NCBI GenBank assembly: GCA_965662235.1
Contig: CBFIGY010000014.1
Coordinates: 1-64,000 of the forward strand
Direction of reading: 5' to 3'
Length of the DNA: 64,000 nt
Origin: an uncultured bacterium
GTDB lineage: Bacteria > SAR324 > NAC60-12
A program made the position numbers and the translations under genes. Under the pieces are notes generated by a model that was given only the letters and a program-made list of their open reading frames with translations, had not been told where the DNA came from and searched no databases. Each line of letters starts with the position of its first letter. Position 1 is the first letter of the stretch. Shown piece by piece: positions 57,038 through 64,000 of this stretch.

Positions 57038-59794
57038 ATGCAGAAATCAATCCTTGTTCTTGAAGAAAGTCCGGCAATCCAGGGAATGATTGCCTCTACC
57101 TTGCCTGACGGACTATTGAGGGTCCACCAGGAGTTGGATCCGAACAAGTTTGTTCAGCAAGCCCGTCAGGTGCACCCGGACCTGATCCTCCTGAGCAACA
57201 GCGATCGCCTCCGCAACTACCGCACCTGCCGGACGCTCCGGCACGATGACTCCCTGCAGCGCGTGCCCCTGGTGCTCCTGCTCAACGGACGGGACTCGAT
57301 TGACGAGGCCACCCTCCGGGAACTCGGCATCTCCGGACACCTGCGCAAGCCCTTTGAAGTCGGACTGCTCCACGAGCAAATCCGACAGCACCTCTCTGAA
57401 TCACTGGCCCAGGCCCTCATTTCAGCGGTGCCTCCTTCGCAGACGGCCCTGCTGGATTCCACCCGGATCTTTGACTCGGAACTCCTTGAACTGATTCAGC
57501 ACGATCCTCCAGAGATCTCTGAAACGCCGGATGTTGATTTTTCCAGCGAGATCACCGAGGATGCAAGCAAGAAATCGCAGCCCGAACGCTCCTTGTTGCG
57601 GGCAGCAGCCGTTACTCTCGAAAGTTTTTTTGGCCAAGAACCTGCTCCCGACAGGCGGCCTCCCAGCCTTGACTCACCAGCACTGAAGGACGTCATGAAT
57701 GCCAAGACACACACCAGCGGCTCTTCTGGGTTTGTAGAAGATGATGATGTGTTGCTCGCCCTTGATGAGAACGCGTTTGACCTCGAGTTGGAGTTGGACG
57801 ACGACCTCATCCTCGAATCCGAATCTGAGACGCCCCCTGCTGCTGAGTTACCTGACGACTTGCCGGACCCCTTTGATGAGCCCCTAGATGAGCCGCTAGG
57901 CGAGTCCTTTGAAGCGGAACCCTTTGAAGCGCCTCCGGTTGAAGCCGAGCCCAGCCCCCTCCTTAATTCGGAGATGGAGGACCGGATTGCTCAGGAGCAC
58001 ATGGACTTCGACGATGAGTTTGCGGACGAGTTTGAGCTGGAACCCATGGACTCCCTAGAGCCGCTTGAGGCACCTGAACCGGCTCCGGAGCCCGCTTCGG
58101 CTCCTCTGAACGGACACTCCAGCGCCATGCATTCCTCCGGAGGTCTGGTGGACATTGACCTCGAATCCGAGCCGATGGAAGCCACCCCAGACCCCTGGAG
58201 CGGGGGCACGGTTCCGAATCAGGAACGCCGTCAGGTGACCGACATCCGCCTAGATGAAGACGACGCCCTGAGCATTGAAGACGGCTTTGAACTGAGGGAG
58301 TCCGCCCCCAGTGAGTTGGCTCACGGAGACAGCATCCTCCTCACCGACACAGAAGACGGCATCTCTTCCGGACTCGACGATCTTCCTGAAGACGAGTTTG
58401 CTCTCAGCGAATCGGGACTCGACGATCTTCCTGAAGACGAGTTTGCCCTCGAAGAACCGGGATTCGATGACCTCCCGGAAGACGAATTTGCTCTCAGCGA
58501 ATCGGGGCTCGACGACCTCCCGGAAGACGAGTTTGCTCTCAGCGAATCTGGGTTTGACGACCTCCCGGAAGACGAGTTCGCCCTCGAAGAATCTGGGCTT
58601 GACGACCTTCCTGAAGACGAATTCGCTCTCAGCGAATCCCTTGATGATTTCCCTGAGGAAGAGCCTGCCGAGCCCCGCTACGACACCTCCGGAGGTGACT
58701 GGGAAACGGAAGAGCTCTCTGCCCTTGATGATCCCGGAGCTTTAGAAAGCGCCCCACCAGTGGTCGCTTCAGCAGGCACTTCGGTCACCGCAGGGGCTCC
58801 TCAGCCAACGGCAGTGGAAGACGCCCGGGACTACGAGCTGGTGGCCATCGCCCTTTCCACCGTTGAAGACAACGTCTTTGACAACACCCTCCTTGCAGCA
58901 GGGGGCGTGGAACTGCCTTCCGATGGCAACCACCCTTCGCCTGAAGAGCTGATGGAGATCTCTTCGATGGAGGAGATTGAAGCCGGCCTGCATGAGTCCA
59001 TTGGCGACTACGAGCAGGAGATGCTGGAAGAGATGGAGCCCGCCCACCTACGCGGGATGGAAGAGGAGGAGTTTCCGCTGGATGAATCGGATCTGCAGGA
59101 GCTGGAAAACCTCGACCGTGGCATGAGCGCGTTGGCAGAAGACATTGAGCCTGAAGAGGAAGAGGACTTCGATGACCTCTCTGAATCCTGGGATCAGGCC
59201 CGAGACGGAATCCGCGAGTTCATGATCAAGTCCCTAGACGGCTACCTCGATGAGGAGGAGTTTGAGAAGCTGGATCAGCGTCCGGATTCCTGGGACGAGC
59301 CTGCTGATGAAGAACTGCTTGAAGAAGGGGAGGAGTTGCTCGAAGAAGAAGCGCTCCGGATGGAGGCTGAGCCTCTGGAAACCTTTGACAGCTGGGAAGA
59401 AGCCGAGCAGGCCTTCTTGGAGCACGACCGCTACGGCGACGACGATGGTCTGGAGACGCCTCCGGACTTTGCCTCTGTGCCTGTGGAGACCTTTGACAGC
59501 TGGGAAGAAGCCGAGCAGGCCTTCTTGGAGCACGACCGCTACGGCGACAGCTCTGCCCCGGAGCCCGTGGAAGTGGCTCCGCCGGAAGAGATGGCTCCGC
59601 CGGAAGAGGAAGTAAAGTTGGAGCCTGCAGCCGAGGAGCCAAACCCCTCGTTCTCAGACGCCATCACCATGTCCCGTGGACAGATTGAGAAGCTTGTGGA
59701 AGACATGATCGCCCGCTCTGTGGAGAAGGCGATTGCCAAGGTCATTCCCGAGTTTGTGGATCAGGTGGTCAAGAACATCAACCACCGCGACTGA
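57038..59794 (+). CDS. Pseudo-receiver protein with long acidic repeat-containing region and C-terminal amphipathic helix (RomR-like architecture)
   Basis: Receiver fold (ILVLEES, PDLILLS, LRKPF); very Asp/Glu-rich body; C-terminal IEKLVEDMIARSVEKAIAKVIPEFVDQVV. Confidence 0.75.
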   Translation: MQKSILVLEESPAIQGMIASTLPDGLLRVHQELDPNKFVQQARQVHPDLILLSNSDRLRNYRTCRTLRHDDSLQRVPLVLLLNGRDSIDEATLRELGISGHLRKPFEVGLLHEQIRQHLSESLAQALISAVPPSQTALLDSTRIFDSELLELIQHDPPEISETPDVDFSSEITEDASKKSQPERSLLRAAAVTLESFFGQEPAPDRRPPSLDSPALKDVMNAKTHTSGSSGFVEDDDVLLALDENAFDLELELDDDLILESESETPPAAELPDDLPDPFDEPLDEPLGESFEAEPFEAPPVEAEPSPLLNSEMEDRIAQEHMDFDDEFADEFELEPMDSLEPLEAPEPAPEPASAPLNGHSSAMHSSGGLVDIDLESEPMEATPDPWSGGTVPNQERRQVTDIRLDEDDALSIEDGFELRESAPSELAHGDSILLTDTEDGISSGLDDLPEDEFALSESGLDDLPEDEFALEEPGFDDLPEDEFALSESGLDDLPEDEFALSESGFDDLPEDEFALEESGLDDLPEDEFALSESLDDFPEEEPAEPRYDTSGGDWETEELSALDDPGALESAPPVVASAGTSVTAGAPQPTAVEDARDYELVAIALSTVEDNVFDNTLLAAGGVELPSDGNHPSPEELMEISSMEEIEAGLHESIGDYEQEMLEEMEPAHLRGMEEEEFPLDESDLQELENLDRGMSALAEDIEPEEEEDFDDLSESWDQARDGIREFMIKSLDGYLDEEEFEKLDQRPDSWDEPADEELLEEGEELLEEEALRMEAEPLETFDSWEEAEQAFLEHDRYGDDDGLETPPDFASVPVETFDSWEEAEQAFLEHDRYGDSSAPEPVEVAPPEEMAPPEEEVKLEPAAEEPNPSFSDAITMSRGQIEKLVEDMIARSVEKAIAKVIPEFVDQVVKNINHRD
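58367..58663 (+). repeat. 45-bp coding tandem repeat, six copies plus a partial (SGLDDLPEDEFALSE)
   Basis: Units start at 58367, 58412, 58457, 58502, 58547, 58592; mostly synonymous differences. Confidence 0.95.
59381..59548 (+). repeat. Identical 60-bp direct repeat, period 108 bp (TFDSWEEAEQAFLEHDRYGD x2)
   Basis: 59381-59440 equals 59489-59548. Confidence 0.95.
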
Positions 59795-59902
59795 TTCCTC
59801 CGGCAACCGGTACCTCCGGTTGCCACCCCTTCCCGCCTGGGGGTTGCAGGCCTCTGGCGCTTCGCGTCAGACCTCCTTTCCAACCCATTTTTCCGTTATC
59901 CG

Positions 59903-61444
59903 ATGATTGCCAAAGCGCATTCGGCAACGGTGCTGGGCATTGAGGCGCACCCCATTGAAGTTGAGGCGGACCTCTCCATTGGCCTCAGCCAGTTCACCAT
60001 CGTTGGCCTCCCCGACGGAACCATCCGGGAAAGCCGTGACCGCATCCTGGCGGCCATTGGCAACTCTGGCTGCACCCTTCCCGTCCGCAAGGTCGTTGTC
60101 AACCTAGCCCCAGCGGATCTCCGCAAAATCGGTTCCGGCTTCGACCTCCCCATTGCGGTGGCGCTGTTGGCCGCCGCAGGACTGGTGCCTGCCGAAGCCC
60201 TCCAGCAGTCCCTGATCGTTGGCGAGCTTGCGCTGGATGGCCAAACCCGTCCCATCCGGGGGATTCTTCCCATCGCGCTGGCCGCTCAAAAAGCAGGGCT
60301 CCAGAACCTCATTCTCCCGCAAGCAAATGAAGCAGAAGCCGCGGTGGTTTCTGGACTGCGACGGGTGCCGGTGCGGTCCCTGAGCGACGTGCTGGCCTTC
60401 TTTCGGGGAGAAGCTGATTTTCCGGAGTCGCCCATTGATCCGCTTGCGCTCTTCCAGAGTCAGGCCACGTTGGCGGAGGATCTGCAGGATGTGAAGGGTC
60501 AGGAGTCGGTGAAGCGGGCCATGGAGGTTGCCGCCGCAGGTGGGCACAACCTGTTGATGATGGGACCTCCGGGATCAGGGAAGACCATGCTGGCCCGAAG
60601 GCTCGGTAGCATTCTGCCACCGCTGGAGTTTGAGGAGGCGCTGGAGTGCACCAAGATCCACAGCATCGCAGGGCTGCTCCCGGCAGATGTTCCGCTGCTT
60701 GCCGAGCGCCCCTTCCGGAGCCCGCACCACACCATTTCACAGGCCGGCCTCGTGGGCGGAGGCAGCATTCCCGGCCCCGGGGAAATTTCCCTTGCCCATA
60801 ACGGCGTCCTCTTCCTCGATGAGCTTCCGGAATTTCCACGGACCGTGCTGGAGCTGCTGCGGCAGCCACTGGAAGACCGACGCCTGACGATTGCCCGCGC
60901 AGCAATGACCCTTGAGTTCCCCTGTAGCTTCATGCTGGTGGCGTCCATGAATCCGTGCCCGTGCGGCTACTTCGGAACCCCTCCTGGGTCGGGACCCCAT
61001 GACTGCCAGTGCCCACTGCCTCAGGTCCAGAAGTACCGCGCCCGCATCTCCGGACCTCTGCTGGACCGCATTGACCTGCAGCTGACGGTTCCGGCGGTTG
61101 AGTACGCCCACCTTGCTGAAACCCGAAAAGGAGAGAGCAGCGCCGACATCCGGGCACGCGTTGTTGCCGCACGGCAACGGCAACAGGTGCGCTTCCGGGA
61201 TTCTTCGACCCGGTCCAATGCCACCATGACGCGGAGGGAGCTGGAAGAATGGGTGCCGCTGGAGGCCAAAGCCCAGGGGCTTTTGGAAAACGCGATCACC
61301 CGGATGGGCTTCAGCGCCCGGGCTTACGACCGCATCCTGAAGGTGTCCCGGACCATCGCCGACCTTGAGGGCAGTCCCCACGTGACACCAACGCACGTCG
61401 CCGAGGCCATTCAGTACCGAAGCCTCGACCGTCCGGTAACATGA
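59903..61444 (+). CDS. comM: YifB/ComM Mg-chelatase-like AAA+ ATPase
   Basis: VNLAPADLRK.GSGFDLPIA, GPPGSGKTM, RPFRSPHH, LFLDELPEF, MNPCPCG, SGPLLDRID. Confidence 0.93.
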   Translation: MIAKAHSATVLGIEAHPIEVEADLSIGLSQFTIVGLPDGTIRESRDRILAAIGNSGCTLPVRKVVVNLAPADLRKIGSGFDLPIAVALLAAAGLVPAEALQQSLIVGELALDGQTRPIRGILPIALAAQKAGLQNLILPQANEAEAAVVSGLRRVPVRSLSDVLAFFRGEADFPESPIDPLALFQSQATLAEDLQDVKGQESVKRAMEVAAAGGHNLLMMGPPGSGKTMLARRLGSILPPLEFEEALECTKIHSIAGLLPADVPLLAERPFRSPHHTISQAGLVGGGSIPGPGEISLAHNGVLFLDELPEFPRTVLELLRQPLEDRRLTIARAAMTLEFPCSFMLVASMNPCPCGYFGTPPGSGPHDCQCPLPQVQKYRARISGPLLDRIDLQLTVPAVEYAHLAETRKGESSADIRARVVAARQRQQVRFRDSSTRSNATMTRRELEEWVPLEAKAQGLLENAITRMGFSARAYDRILKVSRTIADLEGSPHVTPTHVAEAIQYRSLDRPVT

Positions 61445-61451
61445 GGGCCCG

Positions 61452-62069
61452 TCAGCTGGCGGCTGTAGCGGCACTGGCGCCCAGCAGGAGGCTTCCTCCG
61501 GCACGGTTCAGCCAGACCCGCGTTTGCGGGCGCCGAATGAAGCCGCTGAGACGAGACGCCAGCACCGCGTAGGCAAACACGTTCAGTGCAGCCAGCACCA
61601 AAAAGGTGGCGCCCAGCTCAACAACCTGCGGCACAAACGGTTGGTCCGGAACCAGAAACTGCGGCACAAAGGCGAGGAAGAAGACGATGCCCTTGGGGTT
61701 GAGAGCGGTTGTGATCCAGGAACGCCAGAGCATCTCCTTGCCCGACTTCCGGAGGGTTTGCGCATCTGCCTCCTCAGTCGCTTCAACCGGCTCTCGCCAC
61801 ATCCGGAAGCCTAGGTAGGCCAGGTAGGCCGCACCCACCCACTTGAGGATCTGAAAGAGCACGGCTGCGGTCTGCAGCAACAGCCCCAACCCCAGGAATG
61901 AAACCGTCATCGCGGTCAAATCGCCCAACGTCACCCCAACAATCAGCGGAATCGTCGCCGCCCGTCCCCGGACCAGGGAGTAGCTGATGACCAGCAGAAT
62001 CGTTGGGCCTGGAATGGCCAAGAGAATGGAGGTGGCGGCGAGGTAGGTGATCCAGGCTTCAAGGGACAT
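61452..62069 (-). CDS. LysE/RhtB family translocator
   Basis: IPGP, LKWVGAAYL, ALNPKG..FF.AF.PQF. Confidence 0.9.
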   Translation of the reverse strand: MSLEAWITYLAATSILLAIPGPTILLVISYSLVRGRAATIPLIVGVTLGDLTAMTVSFLGLGLLLQTAAVLFQILKWVGAAYLAYLGFRMWREPVEATEEADAQTLRKSGKEMLWRSWITTALNPKGIVFFLAFVPQFLVPDQPFVPQVVELGATFLVLAALNVFAYAVLASRLSGFIRRPQTRVWLNRAGGSLLLGASAATAAS

Positions 62070-62074
62070 GGAGG

Positions 62075-62974
62075 TTACACGGTCAAGGGTTCGGTTTCGG
62101 CGGGTTGTCGACGATCACGGCCCAAAAGCTCCTCGAAGTAGCACATCTCCCGCAGACGCGAGTAGATCCGCTCTCCCACCCGGGTCCGGAGGGTGTCTGC
62201 CATGAACTGAGCTGCAGGCTCGGTCCGGTCACGTTTGAGGATGCGCTCGTGTAGCGTGCTTTCCTCATGCTCGGTGTAGTTGGTGGTGATCATGATCATC
62301 CGGTCTCGGTTGTAACGTTCCGAGATGAGGGTATCGAGGATGCTCAGCTCCCAGTCGCTGTTGCGGCCCTTGCCGAGGTCATCAATGACCAGCACGTCTG
62401 CCTGCAGGTGCGGCCCAATGATTTCCAGATCCGACTGGTTGTTGTTGTACCCCTGCCGGAGTTCATGCAGAAGCTCCGAAAAGCCCTGAAACACGCATGA
62501 GACCCCCAGCTCCACGGTGCAGCGGTAGGTGAAGCCGGCCATCAGGTGCGTCTTTCCGGTGCCCGGTGGTCCCATCAGCACCAGCCCCTTGAGGTCCTGC
62601 TCCACCTGCTGTGACTCCGTTTGCCGGAGGTGGTGGGGCAGGTTCCGCAGCGTCACCTCCAGCAAGCCGAAGGCGGAAGAGTTCTCAGCATCCTGATCCT
62701 GGGGATCCAGTCGGCTGTGCAGGTACCGTTTGGGGATGCGGGCCTCGTTGTAGAGCTCCAGGTGCCGCTTCAGGCGACTGCAGTCCGGACACGCCATCGC
62801 CGTTTCTCGGTCCTGATCGTCGTAGGTCAGGACAAACCCGGATCCTTCACAGGTGGGACACGGCTTGGGGGTGCAGTCGCACAGTCGGGCCCGAGCGTAG
62901 CGCTGTCCGGAAACGGTGTGCACAAAGACATGCGTGTCGTGACAGCGGAGGCAATTCGGAGTGGACGGCGGCAT
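62075..62974 (-). CDS. DnaC/IstB-like AAA+ ATPase with N-terminal Cys-rich zinc-ribbon region
   Basis: CLRC, CDC, CPTC, CPDC; GPPGTGKTHL, VLVIDDLG, ITTN, RVGERIYSRL. Confidence 0.85.
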   Translation of the reverse strand: MPPSTPNCLRCHDTHVFVHTVSGQRYARARLCDCTPKPCPTCEGSGFVLTYDDQDRETAMACPDCSRLKRHLELYNEARIPKRYLHSRLDPQDQDAENSSAFGLLEVTLRNLPHHLRQTESQQVEQDLKGLVLMGPPGTGKTHLMAGFTYRCTVELGVSCVFQGFSELLHELRQGYNNNQSDLEIIGPHLQADVLVIDDLGKGRNSDWELSILDTLISERYNRDRMIMITTNYTEHEESTLHERILKRDRTEPAAQFMADTLRTRVGERIYSRLREMCYFEELLGRDRRQPAETEPLTV

Positions 62975-63104
62975 AACTCTTCAGAAAAGGGTTTTGAAGT
63001 CGATCGTATGGGTTTAGGATAATCGCTGTGAACAGTCAAATCCTCCTCTTGTCCGGAACGGGTCACCGGCCCGCCTCGGCTTCCTTGCAACCAAAGAAGA
63101 CCTC

Positions 63105-64000
63105 ATGCCCTTTCAGCCTCCTGCTCTGCAAAATGACCTGATCCTCCGTGTCCTTCAGCGTCAACCGGTGCCTCGTGTGCCCGTCTGGATGATGCGTCAG
63201 GCAGGACGAACGGATCCGGAGTACCGCCGCTTGCGGGCAGAGGATGGGCGAGCGCTGGAGGAGCTGTTTGCGGACGTGGAGCGCTCCATTGAGATCTCGC
63301 TGCTGCCTCAGCGTTTTGGGGTGGACGCAATCATCATGTTCCAGGACATCCTCACCCCACTGACGCCGGTGGGGGCGCCGTTTTTCTTCCGACCCGGCCC
63401 CCAGCTGGAAGCCCCCATTCGCACCCTAGAGCAGGTGCAGGCGCTCCGTCCCCTCCGCTCGGCACGGGACCTCACTCATGTCGGTGCGCTGCTACAGGGC
63501 CTCCACGACCGCCTCGGTGGGGCGTTGCCGGTCCTTGGGTTTGCCGGAGCCCCCGTGACCCTGGCATTCTTCCTCATTGCCGGTGGAAGCCCCAACCGGG
63601 ATCCTGATGCCGTGCTCCGTTTTTTCTCGGAGGAACCTCAGGTGACTCAAGCCCTGCTCGACTTCCTCACCGACCTGACGATCGACTACCTGGGTTACCA
63701 GCTGGAGAATGGCGCTCAGGCGGTGCAGCTGTTCGAGTCCTTTGCCGACGTTCTGCCCCGGGAGCTTTATGAGACCCTTGCCTTGCCGACGCATCAGCGC
63801 ATCTTTGCAGCCTTGAAGGACCAAGGCCCCACTCTGCTGTTTGCCAAGGAATGTCCGCACCTCGACCTGATGCTGGAAAGCGGTGCTCAGGCCCTCAGCG
63901 TGGGGCGCTGCGTGGATCTAGCCGCCGCCAAGCAGCAGGCACCCGAGATGGTATTTCAGGGAAACGTGGACAACACCATCCTCGCCGATGGAACCCCGGA
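63105..64000 (+). CDS. hemE: Uroporphyrinogen decarboxylase (3' truncated by the window)
   Basis: Not in the ORF track. Manual translation MPFQPPALQNDLILRVLQRQPVPRVPVWMMRQAGR..., FQDIL, LGFAGAP.TLA, QGNVD. Confidence 0.9.
   Translation, partial: MPFQPPALQNDLILRVLQRQPVPRVPVWMMRQAGRTDPEYRRLRAEDGRALEELFADVERSIEISLLPQRFGVDAIIMFQDILTPLTPVGAPFFFRPGPQLEAPIRTLEQVQALRPLRSARDLTHVGALLQGLHDRLGGALPVLGFAGAPVTLAFFLIAGGSPNRDPDAVLRFFSEEPQVTQALLDFLTDLTIDYLGYQLENGAQAVQLFESFADVLPRELYETLALPTHQRIFAALKDQGPTLLFAKECPHLDLMLESGAQALSVGRCVDLAAAKQQAPEMVFQGNVDNTILADGTP

Noticed and set aside
58367..58663. Regular repeats as a CRISPR array
   Set aside because: Contiguous in-frame 45-bp units without unique spacers, varying at synonymous positions; no cas genes.
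59802..59824. Intergenic hairpins as a REP/MITE family
   Set aside because: The hairpins in the window share no common sequence.
28361..61444. A natural-competence locus from pilin, recD2 and comM, with TCCGGA as uptake sequence
   Set aside because: The genes are far apart and widespread; no comEC, comEA or dprA here; known uptake sequences are longer and non-palindromic.
62075..62974. IS21 element or prophage remnant
   Set aside because: No transposase, terminal inverted repeats or phage genes adjacent.

Overview
A gene-dense, GC-rich (roughly 60% by eye) bacterial chromosomal segment. I recognised no rRNA, tRNA, CRISPR array, transposase or prophage. Main blocks: (1) a thiolase (pcaF/paaJ type) diverging from a complete protocatechuate 4,5-cleavage operon (ligK-galD/ligU-ligJ-ligI-ligA-ligB-ligC plus an aldo-keto reductase); (2) housekeeping genes typA, miaB, FIST-lptE-dksA; (3) a long minus-strand run ribBA, nuoN, type IV pilin, two envelope proteins, mtaB, adk, two moeA genes, tupAB, mobB; (4) a DUF444(YeaH)-SpoVR(YcgB) pair with no prkA/yeaG; (5) a full sulfur-oxidation cluster soxXYZAKBCD-fccAB-diheme cytochrome c-soxW; (6) ispG, an aminotransferase, holB, recD2, lptF/G, a 918-aa pseudo-receiver with acidic tandem repeats, comM, lysE, a DnaC-like ATPase and hemE. 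The gene mix suggests a deltaproteobacteria-related mixotroph, possibly SAR324-like; this is inference only. The most striking unexplained signal is at DNA level: the palindrome TCCGGA is strongly over-represented in all three reading frames, as HIP1 is in cyanobacteria. CTAG also occurs mostly as CCTAG/CTAGG. Other highlights are a 49-codon ORF coupled by ATGA overlaps to both neighbours in the lig operon, a RomR/PopZ-like scaffold candidate, a soxK+soxCD hybrid sox cluster with intergenic hairpins and an operator-like palindrome, and several orphaned operon members. All counts are hand counts and all homology calls come from motif recognition, not database searches.
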